Shown here piece by piece: positions 36,789 to 46,798 of a stretch of 64,000 bases of DNA. Position 1 is the stretch's first letter. The number at the start of each line of letters is the position of its first letter. The position numbers and the translations under genes were made by a program. Source of the DNA: Candidatus Omnitrophota bacterium (GTDB taxonomy: Bacteria; Omnitrophota; Gorgyraeia; Gygaellales; Profunditerraquicolaceae); assembly GCA_025453395.1 (NCBI GenBank), contig JALOQK010000002.1, positions 241,102-305,101 on the forward strand, in the 5' to 3' direction. Under the pieces are notes generated by a model. It made no database searches, had not been told where the DNA came from, and worked only from the letters and a program-made list of their open reading frames with translations.

Positions 36789-37885
36789 TTTGCCCTCCGC
36801 TTATCAAACTTAATTTCTTTTAGCACGGAAATGAATCTCTTGTTTTCTTTTTCAGTCCCGATAGTAACGCGTATAAAATTATTTAAGTTATATTGTTTCA
36901 TATCCCTGACAATTACTCCTTTTTCAAGCATTTTCTTAAATAGGCCTACGCCATCCTCTTGCACGTCCATAAGTATGAAATTCGTGACAGAATCTACATA
37001 AAATATGCCTAATTGCTTTAAGGCTGAAGAAAAGTATTTTTTACCTTCCGCATTTATTCTGCGGGCTTTCTTCAGGAAGGCCTTATCGCCTAAGGCGGCA
37101 AGGGCTGCTTCTTGCGCAATAAGATTAGTATTAAACGGCTGCCTGACCCTTTCCATAAAAGAAGTGAATTCTTTTCTTGCTATAGCGTAACCAATGCGCA
37201 AGCCCGCCAAACCGTAACCTTTGGAGAATGTCTTCAAGGTTATAACATTGGCATCCTTAAAATAATCAAGGCCGCTGGGGTAATCATCAACATCAATAAA
37301 TGTATCATAGGCTTCATCTAAAACCACAATAACATGTTCGGGCAGGCCCTTTAAGAAATCCTGGATTTGGCCTTTTGTAAGATATGTTCCTGTGGGGTTA
37401 TTGGGGTTGGCGATAAATACAAGCTTGGTTTTATCTGAAATCGCGTTTTTTAACCCCGCCAGGTCGTATTTAAAAGATTTAAGAGGAACAGTTATTACCT
37501 TTTTATTGTTGACTTTAGAAATGATTTCATACTCCAGAAAAGTTACTTCAGAGGTAACGATATTTTCATCATCCTCGACAAAAGTCTTAATGATAATATC
37601 AATTAACTCATCCGAGCCGTTGCCCAAAACTAAATTTTCCGGTTCTACTTTCAGAAATTCAGCCAATCCCTTTTTGAGGTAAAAACCCTGTCCGTCAGGA
37701 TAGCGGTTGACCGATTTTAAGGCCTTTTGCATTGCCCTTACCGCTTTTGGAGAGCCGCCTAACGGGTTTTCATTGGAAGCCAGCTTAATAACTTCTTTAA
37801 GGCGGAATTGGCGTTTTATTTCTTCAATGGGCCTTCCGCCAACATAGGGTGTAATATTTTGCACATTTTTTCTTGCCAGCTGCAT
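36785..37885 (-). CDS. hisC: Histidinol-phosphate/aromatic aminotransferase (class II)
   Basis: IKLASNENPLG N-terminal motif and a PLP-Lys region. The start is set at ATG 37885 (MQLARKN...); the ORF-track start is 37960. Confidence 0.8.
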   Translation of the reverse strand: MQLARKNVQNITPYVGGRPIEEIKRQFRLKEVIKLASNENPLGGSPKAVRAMQKALKSVNRYPDGQGFYLKKGLAEFLKVEPENLVLGNGSDELIDIIIKTFVEDDENIVTSEVTFLEYEIISKVNNKKVITVPLKSFKYDLAGLKNAISDKTKLVFIANPNNPTGTYLTKGQIQDFLKGLPEHVIVVLDEAYDTFIDVDDYPSGLDYFKDANVITLKTFSKGYGLAGLRIGYAIARKEFTSFMERVRQPFNTNLIAQEAALAALGDKAFLKKARRINAEGKKYFSSALKQLGIFYVDSVTNFILMDVQEDGVGLFKKMLEKGVIVRDMKQYNLNNFIRVTIGTEKENKRFISVLKEIKFDKRRAK

Positions 37886-37917
37886 TTTATCTCCTGCGAT
37901 TATAGAAATTGTTTCAA

Positions 37918-39012
37918 TTAAGATTCCGGATACGAGCCTAAAATCTTCAAGAACTTGCATTTACTGTCCAAATCTGCGATAGCTTTTGAAACATTCTTGT
38001 CCTGCAAGTGCCCCTCCAGGTCCACATAGAAATAATATTCCCATGCCTTGACTTTAGACGGCCGGGATTCTATTTTTGTTAAGTTTATTTTATATTTCTT
38101 AAAGGTGTTCAGCATATCATGTAAGGCCCCTACCCTGTCTTTTATGGAAAAAAGAAGTGACGTCCGGCTGTGTTTTATCTGCGGCACCTGGGTATTGCCG
38201 ATAACCATAAAACGAGTTATATTGTGCGGCGAATCTTCAATGCCTTTAGAGAGGACTTTTAATTTATAAACCTTAGCCGCTAAAAGCGATGCGATACAAG
38301 CGCTGTTTCTTTCTTTGCTTACAATTTGTGCCGCCTTGGTGGTGCTGGAAACTTCAATTCTTTCCGCGTGGGGAAGATTATCCTGCAGCCATCTGCGGCA
38401 TTGCCCGAAAACTTGTAAAATAGAGTATACTTTCTTAATCTGTTTGAGCTGGCATTTAGCAAGTAAATTATGCGCAATCGGCTGCAATATCTGGCTGCAT
38501 ATTTTCAAATCGGACTGCATAAACATATCTAAGGTATGGGTTACCGCTCCCTCGATAGAGTTTTCTATCGGGACAACGCCGTAATCCGCCTGATTGTTTT
38601 CAACGCTGTTAAAAACATCAAAGATGCTTTCGCAGGGAATATATTCTACCTGTAATCCAAAACGTTTGATCGCGGCCAAATTCGTGAAGCTTGCCTGCGG
38701 GCCTAAGTATGCCACTTTTAACTTCCGTCCGATCGCAAGGCTGTAAGACATGATCTCGCGGTAAACAGCTTCTAAAGCCGAAGACGGGAAAGGGCCATTG
38801 TTGAAAGATTTTATTTTATTTAAGACTTCGTATTCTCTTTCCGGGGCATACGCGCTTTTGCCCTGGTCTTTCTTGCTGCTGGCGATCTCCAAGACCAGAT
38901 TAGCGCGTTTGTTTAAGACGCCCACTATCTGTTTATCTAACTTATCTATTTTCTGACGAAGCTTCTGTATTTTCATTTTCCGTGACCTCGGTTTTTGTGT
39001 TTTGCGTTTCAA
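37918..39012 (-). CDS. pheA: Bifunctional chorismate mutase / prephenate dehydratase (P-protein) with a C-terminal ACT domain
   Basis: N-terminal chorismate mutase helix (IDKLDKQIVGVLNKRANLVLEIA), a PDT domain (VAYLGPQASFT...) and a C-terminal ACT domain. The ORF-track start decodes as TTG; an in-frame ATG (MKIQKL...) lies 36 nt downstream. Confidence 0.85.
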   Translation of the reverse strand: MKRKTQKPRSRKMKIQKLRQKIDKLDKQIVGVLNKRANLVLEIASSKKDQGKSAYAPEREYEVLNKIKSFNNGPFPSSALEAVYREIMSYSLAIGRKLKVAYLGPQASFTNLAAIKRFGLQVEYIPCESIFDVFNSVENNQADYGVVPIENSIEGAVTHTLDMFMQSDLKICSQILQPIAHNLLAKCQLKQIKKVYSILQVFGQCRRWLQDNLPHAERIEVSSTTKAAQIVSKERNSACIASLLAAKVYKLKVLSKGIEDSPHNITRFMVIGNTQVPQIKHSRTSLLFSIKDRVGALHDMLNTFKKYKINLTKIESRPSKVKAWEYYFYVDLEGHLQDKNVSKAIADLDSKCKFLKILGSYPES

Positions 39013-39556
39013 TTTCCTCTATTTCTATATTTTCCGGTATTTTTAATTCTTCGATTTTCGGCAAATCTTCAAGATTGTTTAACCCGAAATATTCTAAGAA
39101 TTTTTTGGTTGTGCCGAATACATAAGGGCATCCAGGCGTATTTCTTCTTCCGGCTACGCGGACCAGATCTTTTTCCAACAAGCTATCTATAACCCCGTCC
39201 ACATTGACATTACGCAATGTCTCTATTTCTATCTTGGTAAGCGGCTGTTTATAGGCGATTATTGCCAGGGTTTCCAGGGCCGGGCGCGACAGTTTTTCCA
39301 CTTTGCGCCCTTTATGCAGTTTCTTTAGTAATGGGGCGAAATCAACGGGAGTGCTTAATTGGAAACCTCCTGCGACTTCATTGATCCTTAAGCCGCGGTT
39401 GGAAACCTGGTAATCTGTTTTTAATTCTTGAATAACCGCGTTTATATCTGCCGAAGGCAGATTATCCAGGGCTTTTCTTATCTGCTCAATGGTAAGCGGT
39501 TTATCAGTTGAAAAAAGCATTGCTTCTACAACAGCCTTCAAGTTATTCTCTGCCAT
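38942..39556 (-). CDS. scpB: Segregation and condensation protein B
   Basis: Tandem winged-helix ScpB (LKAVVEAMLFSTDKPLTIEQI...) and an acidic C-terminal tail. Confidence 0.85.
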   Translation of the reverse strand: MAENNLKAVVEAMLFSTDKPLTIEQIRKALDNLPSADINAVIQELKTDYQVSNRGLRINEVAGGFQLSTPVDFAPLLKKLHKGRKVEKLSRPALETLAIIAYKQPLTKIEIETLRNVNVDGVIDSLLEKDLVRVAGRRNTPGCPYVFGTTKKFLEYFGLNNLEDLPKIEELKIPENIEIEEIETQNTKTEVTENENTEASSENR

Positions 39557-39557
39557 T

Positions 39558-40208
39558 TTAGATTGCCTTTTTTTGTTTGTAAACTTCGTTTAACAGCTCT
39601 TCAGTAGTCTTTATATCTTTCGCCCTCTCAAAAGCCCTCTTGACCATATTTTCCGCTTCGGATTTATTATATTCCAGCTGCATTAAAACAGAAACCGCTT
39701 CTTTAATTAAATCCGATTGCGCGGGCTGCAACCGTCCTTGTGAGGCGTCTTGCATAAGGCCGAACTTTCCGATTTTATTCTGCAGCTTTGCTATTATATC
39801 TCGTGCTTTTTGCTGGCCTATCCCCGGAAGAGACCGCAAGAAATCCATGTCTGCTTCGTATATGGCTTTGGCAATAAGGGAAATCGGCTTATCAATAGCT
39901 TTAACCGCCGCTCTTGGCCCGATGCCAGAGACACTAATAAAACTTAAGAAGAAATCTTTCTCTATTTGATTCAAAAAACCTATTAATACCGGCGTATTTT
40001 TTGACGGCTCGGCCTGCAGGTAATGGTAAGTAATCAAGGTTATTTTATTATCTTCGGTAATATTCTTCTCTATACGCTGGATTATTGCTTGAGGGATTAA
40101 TACCTCATAGCAAATACCACCGGCATCTATAATGGCGCTTGTTTGGTCATGCGAAATCAATTTTCCGCTTATACGCGCAATCATAATACCCTCTTGGATA
40201 TGTAACAA
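39558..40208 (-). CDS. ruvA: Holliday junction branch-migration protein RuvA
   Basis: MIARISGKL... OB-fold N-terminus, HhH motifs (LPGIGQQKARDII) and domain III. The likely start is the internal ATG at 40184, which overlaps the ruvC stop. Confidence 0.9.
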   Translation of the reverse strand: MLHIQEGIMIARISGKLISHDQTSAIIDAGGICYEVLIPQAIIQRIEKNITEDNKITLITYHYLQAEPSKNTPVLIGFLNQIEKDFFLSFISVSGIGPRAAVKAIDKPISLIAKAIYEADMDFLRSLPGIGQQKARDIIAKLQNKIGKFGLMQDASQGRLQPAQSDLIKEAVSVLMQLEYNKSEAENMVKRAFERAKDIKTTEELLNEVYKQKKAI

Positions 40209-40663
40209 TGCGCAACCGCTAAGCCTAAGGCATCGGTAACATCAGTATATTTGGGCAGGTCCTTGATGCCCAGTATATTGGCAATCATATGCTGCACTTG
40301 ATGTTTTGACGCCAGGCCGTTTCCGACAATAGCTTTTTTTACTCTTGTTGCCGCGTATTCAACCATCGTAATACGGCAGGTAGAGCAGGCTAAACAAATT
40401 ACTCCTCTTGCTTGGCCAAGCATATATGAAATAGTCGGATACTGATAATGTGAATAGATCTTTTCAAGCACCATTATCTTAGGATTTGTTTCTTTAATCA
40501 AGGCTGATACTTCAGAATAGATCTTACCCAGCCTTGAAGCGATATCATTTTTCCCGGAAGTGGTAATTACCCCCGCCTCCAAAAGGCGTAAACTGTTTTT
40601 TCCAAAATCAATTACGCCGTAACCGGTGGTATTTATCGCCGGGTCAATCCCTAAGATCACCAT
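40181..40663 (-). CDS. ruvC: Holliday junction resolvase RuvC
   Basis: ILGIDPAINTTGYGVI N-terminus and an RNase H-like fold with catalytic acidic residues. Confidence 0.9.
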   Translation of the reverse strand: MVILGIDPAINTTGYGVIDFGKNSLRLLEAGVITTSGKNDIASRLGKIYSEVSALIKETNPKIMVLEKIYSHYQYPTISYMLGQARGVICLACSTCRITMVEYAATRVKKAIVGNGLASKHQVQHMIANILGIKDLPKYTDVTDALGLAVAHCYISKRVL

Positions 40664-40669
40664 TAATTC

Positions 40670-41425
40670 CTACTGTTCGTTTGAGATCTTTTCCATGATT
40701 TCATCCGGGATATCAAAATTAGCATAAACCTGCTGTACGTCATCGTGTTCTTCCAGGGCATCTATCAAGGCTAACAGCTGTTTTGCTTCACTTTCACCGA
40801 GCTTTATGGTGGATGAAGGGATCATGGTTACTTCAGCGTCCTGGCATTTTATGCCTTTTTGGTCAATGGCAGCTTTAACCTTTTCAAAATTCTGCAGGTC
40901 GGTGGTGATTTCAAAATTTTTATCATCGCTTTTCATATCTTCCGCGCCGGCTTCAAGCACTAAATTCATAAGCTCTTCTTCTTTGGCAGAGCTTTTCTCA
41001 ATAAGAAAGTATCCTTTTTTAGCAAACATCCAGCTTACCGCTCCCGCCCCGGCGAAATTTCCGCCTCGTTTAGACATAATACTTCTTATTTCAGCGCTGG
41101 TGCGATTTTTATTGTCCGTAAGGGTTTCAACTAATATGGCTACTCCTGCCGGCCCATAGGCTTCATAAATAGCGTTCTCATAAATAACGCCGGGAAGCTC
41201 GCCGGTGCCTCTTTTAATTGCCATCTTGACATTATCCGAAGGCATATTGCCTTCTTTGGCTTTAAGCATTACCGCGCGCAGCCTAGGATTGGTGTCGGGA
41301 TTGCCTCCGCCTTCACGGGCCACGGTAGTAAGTTCCCTGATAATCTTAGTGTAGAGCGCGCCTTTTTTGGCGTCCGCTAAGCTTTTCTTGCCTTTATTCG
41401 TCTTCCATTTTGAATGGCCGGACAT
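40670..41425 (-). CDS. yebC: YebC/PmpR family transcriptional regulator
   Basis: MSGHSKWKTNKGKK...RLR signature N-terminus. It lies upstream of ruvC as in many bacteria. Confidence 0.9.
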   Translation of the reverse strand: MSGHSKWKTNKGKKSLADAKKGALYTKIIRELTTVAREGGGNPDTNPRLRAVMLKAKEGNMPSDNVKMAIKRGTGELPGVIYENAIYEAYGPAGVAILVETLTDNKNRTSAEIRSIMSKRGGNFAGAGAVSWMFAKKGYFLIEKSSAKEEELMNLVLEAGAEDMKSDDKNFEITTDLQNFEKVKAAIDQKGIKCQDAEVTMIPSSTIKLGESEAKQLLALIDALEEHDDVQQVYANFDIPDEIMEKISNEQ

Positions 41426-41440
41426 AATTTTAATCCTCCT

Positions 41441-41608
41441 TTAATACTAGGTTAATTAAAAATTTAAAGTGTAAAATTAAAAATTACAGCGTAAAATCTA
41501 AAACTTTGAAAACAAAAAGCTTAAAGCGCAAAATGATAAGCAAAATTAGAAATTTTGAATTTTACTCTATACTTTTAGGCTTTTCGCTTTACGTTTTTAG
41601 TTTTTAAA
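41441..41608. repeat. AT-rich intergenic repeat element, copy C
   Basis: Shares gtaaaat-containing motifs (aaagtgtaaaattaaaaattacagcgtaaaatctaaaac) and a right-arm motif cgctttacgtttttagtttttaaaat, similar to cgcttttagtttttaatttttag in copy B. Confidence 0.4.
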
Positions 41609-42039
41609 ATAGCAGGTAAAATAAGCCGGGTTCTGTATAATTGTGGCCATTTCTCTAGTCCTTAAAGCCTTACAGCAAAGGATCAAGCAGCCTACCCGCC
41701 CGGCTTCCTCAAAATCAGAGGCATCGACTGGGACTTCTCCGTCCTATCTTTCGATAGGAACGCCGGGCCTATTTGGCCTTGCTCCACGTAGAGATTGCTC
41801 GTTTCACCCCCCGCCGCTTTGCTTCGCTTTGCGAAGCAAAGCGGCGCCAATACTGGAAAAACCAGCTTAAGCGGCGGGATCCTAAAATTAAGGATATCCT
41901 ACTCAAAATTAATTGAGTGATGGGCGTTGCCCACTACGTTTACCCTGCGGAGCCCGGACTTTCCTCCCCCCCGCTGTTTTGCTTTTGCAAAAGCAAAAGC
42001 AAAACAAGACGCGGGGGCAGCCACATTTTACCTGCTATC
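41609..42039 (-). ncRNA. rnpB: RNase P RNA, bacterial type A
   Basis: Minus-strand sequence carries the universally conserved GGAGGAAAGUCCGGGCUCC (P4 5' half) and ACAGAACCCGGCUUA (P4 3' half). P1 is formed by 5' AGCAGGUAAAAU and 3' AUUUUACCUGCU. There are extended GC-rich hairpins (the UUUUGCUUUUGCAAAAGCAAAA and GCCGCUUUGCUUCGCAAAGCGAAGCAAAGCGGCGG inserts). The ends are approximate, within about 5 nt. Confidence 0.85.
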
Positions 42040-42454
42040 AAAGAGCGGTTTCTCTTAATTTTTCTTTTACGGCAATCGTAGCCAGTTTGTCTGCGCCTTT
42101 ATTTTCTTCCCGCGGGATATGCTCTATTTTAAAATGCGGGAAAGATTCCAAAAGCCGAGTTACCCGGCCGTACAAAACAGCGATATTTTTATCTTTTACT
42201 TTATACTCTTTGATAACTTGCCGATGCAAAAGCTGGCTGTCAGTTTTTACTTCTACTTGGCCCGCTTTTAGTTTTAAAGCCTCTTCTAAGGCGTAAATAA
42301 GAGCAGTATACTCCGCGATATTATTTGTGGCCTCTCCTATGTATCTGGCGATATTACAAATCACCTGCTCGCCCTCAAGGATGATAACGCCTATCCCCGC
42401 GTGCCCGGGATTTCCTTTAGATGCCCCATCTATATAAATTTCAAGTTTTCGCAT
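42038..42454 (-). CDS. rnhA: Ribonuclease HI
   Basis: DGASKGNPG...E...D...H...D catalytic residues; a 138-aa RNase H1. Its stop codon overlaps the rnpB 5' end. Confidence 0.9.
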   Translation of the reverse strand: MRKLEIYIDGASKGNPGHAGIGVIILEGEQVICNIARYIGEATNNIAEYTALIYALEEALKLKAGQVEVKTDSQLLHRQVIKEYKVKDKNIAVLYGRVTRLLESFPHFKIEHIPREENKGADKLATIAVKEKLRETAL

Positions 42455-43171
42455 CTATTCTTCTATGTAAAGCATGCGGTTACAATTCTCGCAGGTAATA
42501 ATATGGTCGTACATCTTGATAAGATTAATCACCTGGGCAGGCATAAAAAGATTGCATCCCTGGCAGGAATTATTTTTTACCGCAACTATGCCAAGGCCGT
42601 TTCTATTGCTTAGTATTCTTTCGTACTCTGCGAAGATCTTTTTATCTACTTCAGGGATGACTTGGCTTCTTTGCGCCTCTAATTGGCTGATTTTCTCGTC
42701 TATTAACTTGATGCTGTCAGTTATTTTCTTTTTTTCTTCATTAACAGCCTTTTCTTCTTGAGCAAGCATCTGTTTTTCTTTATCCATATCCTGCTTGGCT
42801 TTATCTATCTGATCCATAGAAGAAAGGATTTTGTCTTCTATCAAAGACATATCCGCTTTTGCGTCTTGTATCTGTCCAAGCATAGTATTGTACTCTTTAT
42901 TGGTTTTTAAGCTGTAAAGCTGGCCCTGCAACTTTTTAACAGCCTCTTCTCTTGAACCTAGTTCAAGCTCAAAATCCTTTTTCGCTTTCTGTAGGTCAAG
43001 GTAAGCTTTTTCTAATTGCGCAAGAACTTGTTTCTTAAGGTCAAAGGCTTCATCAATTGCTTTAAGCTTGAGCGGTTGATTTTGTTTTTCGTTATTCAAA
43101 AGGTATATCTGCCGGTCTATATCCTGTAATCTTAAGAGAACCGCTATTTGCGCTTTTAAATCAGCTGGCAT
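42455..43171 (-). CDS. COG1579-type coiled-coil protein with a C-terminal C4 zinc ribbon
   Basis: Long coiled coil, then CQGCNLFMP...CENCNRMLY. I trimmed the ORF to ATG 43171 (MPADLK...) because the first 75 residues of ORF-track ORF 42455..43396 lie across two tRNA genes. Confidence 0.75.
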   Translation of the reverse strand: MPADLKAQIAVLLRLQDIDRQIYLLNNEKQNQPLKLKAIDEAFDLKKQVLAQLEKAYLDLQKAKKDFELELGSREEAVKKLQGQLYSLKTNKEYNTMLGQIQDAKADMSLIEDKILSSMDQIDKAKQDMDKEKQMLAQEEKAVNEEKKKITDSIKLIDEKISQLEAQRSQVIPEVDKKIFAEYERILSNRNGLGIVAVKNNSCQGCNLFMPAQVINLIKMYDHIITCENCNRMLYIEE

Positions 43172-43196
43172 AACCGCATCCTTTTCTTTATATATA

Positions 43197-43270
43197 TGGG
43201 CGCAATAGGACTTGAACCTATGACCTCTACAATGTGAATGTAGCGCTCTAACCAACTGAGCTATGCGCCC
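43197..43270 (-). tRNA. tRNA-Val (anticodon CAC)
   Basis: GGGCGCATAGCTCAGTTGGTTAGAGCGCTACATTCACATTGTAGAGGTCATAGGTTCAAGTCCTATTGCGCCCA folds as a cloverleaf with anticodon loop TTCACAT. CCA is not encoded. Confidence 0.9.
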
Positions 43271-43272
43271 GA

Positions 43273-43345
43273 TGGGCCCACAGGGATTTGAACCCCGGGC
43301 CAAGTGATTATGAGTCACCTGCTCTAACCACTGAGCTATGGGCCC
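43273..43345 (-). tRNA. tRNA with CAT anticodon, tRNA-Ile2 (lysidine)-like rather than elongator Met
   Basis: GGGCCCATAGCTCAGTGGTTAGAGCAGGTGACTCATAATCACTTGGCCCGGGGTTCAAATCCCTGTGGGCCCA is nearly identical in D-arm and anticodon arm (GGyGA-CUCAUAA-UCrCU) to the E. coli ileX tRNA. It lies 2 nt from tRNA-Val. Confidence 0.8.
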
Positions 43346-43418
43346 TAAAACAGGCAAAAAAGTATAATTACAGAGAATAATAATTATATCATACAAAGGA
43401 AAAGCTTCAAAGGGATTT

Positions 43419-43452
43419 TTACAAGAAAAAGGCGGCTGGTAAGCAGCCGCCT
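43419..43452 (-). terminator. Rho-independent terminator downstream of rpoD
   Basis: A 9-bp perfect stem aggcggctg/cagccgcct with loop gtaag. On the minus strand it is followed by TTTTTCTTGT. Confidence 0.65.
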
Positions 43453-43484
43453 GGAGTAACCTTTAAACCTTAAAACCGATCTTC

Positions 43485-45026
43485 CTACTCTCTTTGGTGC
43501 TCGATGGTCATGTCTAAGAATGCTCTAAGCCTGCGTGAACGCGTAGGGTGGCGCAGTTTCTTTAATGCCTTGGCCTCTATTTGCCGCACCCTTTCGCGGG
43601 TAACTTTAAATACGTTGCCTACTTCTTCAAGGGTCCTTGGGCAACCATCGGTTATGCCAAACCTTAAAACAAGAATTTTTCTTTCTCGGTCGGTTAGGGA
43701 GCTTAATATCGTGCCCATTTCTTCCTTAAGCATGGATCTTACTGTGGCGTTTGCCGGAGAAATTGCTTTTTTGTCCTGGATAAAATCCCCAAAATGCGTA
43801 TCCCCCTCATCTCCGATAGGCATCTGAAGCGATATTGGTTCCTGCGCGATCTTAAGGATAGATTTTATTTTATCCTGGGGCAGGCGTATTTTATGGGCTA
43901 TCTCTTCGGGCGTTGGCTCTCTTCCATGCTGCTGCACAAACAATCTTGAGAAACGCATGATCTTGTTTATGGTTTCGGTCATGTGCACCGGGATCCTGAT
44001 GGTGCGCGCCTGATCCGCGATAGAGCGGGTAATTGCCTGGCGTATCCACCAGGTGGCATAAGTGGAGAATTTATATCCTCTTCTGTATTCAAATTTCTCA
44101 ACCGCGCGCATTAAGCCGATATTGCCCTCTTGGATCAAATCAAGAAAAGACAAACCGCGATTGGTGTATTTTTTGGCAATACTTACCACCAGCCTTAAGT
44201 TAGCTTCAACTAATTTCTTTTTTGCGCGGTTAAATTTAAGCTGAGTTGAGCGAATAAGCTTAACCTGTTCTTTAACCTTACCATAAGGCTGGATCAGCCG
44301 CCTGAGGATCTCTTTTTTGCGCAAGGCGTCTTTTTTCTTGTTCTTTGGCTTTAACGCGTCATACTCTTTAATTAAGGCAAAAAGCTTTTTTACCAGGTTC
44401 TCTAATACCGCGGTAGTGAAATTAAGCTTCCAAAGAAAATCTGAGGCCTTTTTCTCGCAGCGCGCCTGGCTTATAGCCAAACAAAGCTTTTTGATCTTAT
44501 TGATTACCTGATTGCGGTTAGTCTTGATTTCCTCTTTGACTATTTCATCCAGATTAAGCGTCCCGTCAATTACCTCGTCGGCGATATGTACCATTCCCTT
44601 GCGGGCAAAACGGGTAGCCATAACAGCTAATTTAAAATTATTCTCCGCTTCCTCTATTTTCTTAGCCAACGCAATTTCATTCTCGCGGGAAAGAAGCGAT
44701 ATCGAGCCCATCTGTTTTAGGTACATTTTTACCGGGTCATCCAAAGGGATAAATCTGTCTTCGGTAATCGCCGGCTGCTCAGAAAGGATGGATTCATCTT
44801 TCATCGCCGGGATATGCTTTTCGCTGGGTTTCCCTTCGGAAGCATTATCCACAAGCTGGATATCTTCATTGCCCAATATCTCAAATACTTCATCGATCGC
44901 GTCAGAGGAAGACATATCTTCAGGCAAAAGGTTATTTACCTCATCGTAAGTTAAGAATCCTTTTTGGCGGCCCAAGGCTATTATCTTCTCAACATCTTTA
45001 TTCTTAGCGCTTATTTTCTTAGACAT
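43485..45026 (-). CDS. rpoD: RNA polymerase sigma-70 factor RpoD
   Basis: Regions 1.1-4.2, including the rpoD box [27 protein letters not shown] and the 4.2 HTH. Confidence 0.95.
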   Translation of the reverse strand: MSKKISAKNKDVEKIIALGRQKGFLTYDEVNNLLPEDMSSSDAIDEVFEILGNEDIQLVDNASEGKPSEKHIPAMKDESILSEQPAITEDRFIPLDDPVKMYLKQMGSISLLSRENEIALAKKIEEAENNFKLAVMATRFARKGMVHIADEVIDGTLNLDEIVKEEIKTNRNQVINKIKKLCLAISQARCEKKASDFLWKLNFTTAVLENLVKKLFALIKEYDALKPKNKKKDALRKKEILRRLIQPYGKVKEQVKLIRSTQLKFNRAKKKLVEANLRLVVSIAKKYTNRGLSFLDLIQEGNIGLMRAVEKFEYRRGYKFSTYATWWIRQAITRSIADQARTIRIPVHMTETINKIMRFSRLFVQQHGREPTPEEIAHKIRLPQDKIKSILKIAQEPISLQMPIGDEGDTHFGDFIQDKKAISPANATVRSMLKEEMGTILSSLTDRERKILVLRFGITDGCPRTLEEVGNVFKVTRERVRQIEAKALKKLRHPTRSRRLRAFLDMTIEHQRE

Positions 45027-45028
45027 TT

Positions 45029-46798
45029 TTACCTACCTTTTTTAGTAAGCCTGCAATACTCTAATTTCAGGATATTTAACTTATTATCGTCGTTATTTTT
45101 CTCCGCCTGCTGCATTTCTTCCTGCAGGTGGCGCATCAATTGCATTTTCCGTTTGCTTTTTAGCATTTGAATACAGCCATCCACGATCTCGTTTCTATTA
45201 TCAGGCCCCGCTTCATCAGCCAGCGCGCAAGAACACACAAACTCCAGCATCTGTTTATCTTCTAAATTCTTAAAAAGCCTGTTGGGGTGAATTTCCTTGC
45301 CCTGTTTAAAAGCCTCAAAAAGTATTTCTACGATCCGGGAGACACGCTTGTCCATGAAATCATCCGGGCCGATATGATTGCATATATTCTCAATCAAAGC
45401 GGTTTCCTGCAGCATTAGCTTAAGAAGCATTTTCTCTGTTGGGTGCACTTCTGTCATAGTTTTTGCTGTATGGCTTACAGCGGCCTGCCTATCATCAAGG
45501 ACAGCTTTACTTTTCTTGAATTCTTCATATAAATGCTGTTCATTGATATTGAAATGTTCAGCAAGTTTCTTAAGGTATTCCGCGCAAAGTATGCTGTTCT
45601 TAAACTTCTTTAATGTCGGGAATATTTCATTTATAACCTTTGTTTTTGCTTCCGGGGTATCTTCGCCATATTGCAATTCTAAGGCATTCAATTTATAGTC
45701 AAATAAATTTTTAGCCGAATTTATAGCTTCCAGAAATTTACCTGGGCCGTATTTGCGCACAAAGGAATCCGGGTCTGATCCTTGCTCCAGAGAGGCTACC
45801 CGCACGTTCATGCCTTCTTCGATAAAGATATCCAAATTCCTCAAAGTAGCCATTTGCCCTGCTTTATCCGCGTCATAAACCATGACCACATTCTGGGTGT
45901 ATCTTTTAAGAAGGCTGGCCTGATTAGCGGTAAAAGCCGTTCCTAAAGAAGCTACAATATTGCGAATGCCTTCTTGGTATGGGATTATAAGGTCCAAGTA
46001 CCCCTCTACCACGATAGCGTAATTGGTTTCACAGATAGCGTCTTTTGTGAAATTAAGCCCGTAAAGGTGGTTTCCTTTGGTGTATACGGGTGTTTCCGGA
46101 GAATTGATATATTTAGCAGATTCTTTCTCGGTATTCTCAAACGCCCTGCCACCAAAAGCAATGATCCGCGAACGCGTGTCAAACACCGGAAAGATGATGC
46201 GGCTCCTGAAACGGTCATAGTACCCGCCGTTACTGCGCTTTATAATCAATCCCGCTTTTTCTATAGTGGATATGCTTATGTCTTTTTGACGCAAATAATT
46301 TAAAAGCCCGTCCCATTTGTCGGAAGAAAAACCCAATTTAAAAAGCTTAGCGGTTTCTCTTTTGACCATTCTTTTAGAAAGATAGTTCCTGGCCTCCTGG
46401 GCCAAGGCCTGGGAATCAAGATGATCGTGATAAAATTGCGCCGCTAATTCATTCGCCTTGTAGATCAATCCGGAAATACTATATGTTTTATCGTTGTCTT
46501 TGGGCTCAGGAAGCACTACCCCGGCTTTACGCGCTAAAGCCTCTACCGCCTCGATAAAATCAATTCTTTCATGCTGCATAAGAAATTTAAAGGCATTGCC
46601 GGATTCTCCGCAGCCAAAACAATGATATATCTGCTTATCAGGCGAAACTACAAAAGAAGGTGTTTTTTCGTGGTGGAACGGGCAATTCGCCTTAAAATTC
46701 CTCCCCGCCTTTTTTAAAGGGATGTAGCCGGAAATAAGCTCCACTATGTCTGTGCGGCTTAAAATATCGTCTAATATTTGATCAGCGATGCGCGGCAT
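45029..46798 (-). CDS. dnaG: DNA primase
   Basis: Zinc-binding [11 protein letters not shown]...HCFGCG, a TOPRIM domain, and the dnaG-rpoD operon order. Confidence 0.95.
   Translation of the reverse strand: MPRIADQILDDILSRTDIVELISGYIPLKKAGRNFKANCPFHHEKTPSFVVSPDKQIYHCFGCGESGNAFKFLMQHERIDFIEAVEALARKAGVVLPEPKDNDKTYSISGLIYKANELAAQFYHDHLDSQALAQEARNYLSKRMVKRETAKLFKLGFSSDKWDGLLNYLRQKDISISTIEKAGLIIKRSNGGYYDRFRSRIIFPVFDTRSRIIAFGGRAFENTEKESAKYINSPETPVYTKGNHLYGLNFTKDAICETNYAIVVEGYLDLIIPYQEGIRNIVASLGTAFTANQASLLKRYTQNVVMVYDADKAGQMATLRNLDIFIEEGMNVRVASLEQGSDPDSFVRKYGPGKFLEAINSAKNLFDYKLNALELQYGEDTPEAKTKVINEIFPTLKKFKNSILCAEYLKKLAEHFNINEQHLYEEFKKSKAVLDDRQAAVSHTAKTMTEVHPTEKMLLKLMLQETALIENICNHIGPDDFMDKRVSRIVEILFEAFKQGKEIHPNRLFKNLEDKQMLEFVCSCALADEAGPDNRNEIVDGCIQMLKSKRKMQLMRHLQEEMQQAEKNNDDNKLNILKLEYCRLTKKGR

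Noticed and set aside
37918-39556. A possible 1-nt discrepancy between my hand-counted positions and the ORF-track frame around 38941..39011
   Set aside because: The printed lines all count to 60 nt. ORF-track coordinates agree with my indexing at every other start and stop I checked (23794, 27097, 34267, 36788, 37960, 39556, 40184, 41425, 42454). The most likely cause is my own miscount in one place, so I used the ORF-track coordinates for pheA and scpB and flag about 1 nt of uncertainty there.
41643-42296. Plus-strand ORFs 41643..41870 and 41913..42296 from the ORF track
   Set aside because: They lie inside and antisense to the RNase P RNA gene. They are Ala/Ser/Pro-rich with low complexity and have no coding signal. 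I treat them as artefacts of the GC-rich structured RNA.
43172-43396. First 75 codons of ORF-track ORF 42455..43396 (MYDIIIILCNYTFLPVLGPIAQWLEQVTHNHLARGSNPCGPIG...)
   Set aside because: This segment is the reverse-strand translation across the tRNA-Val and tRNA(CAT) genes. The real CDS starts at the in-frame ATG at 43171.
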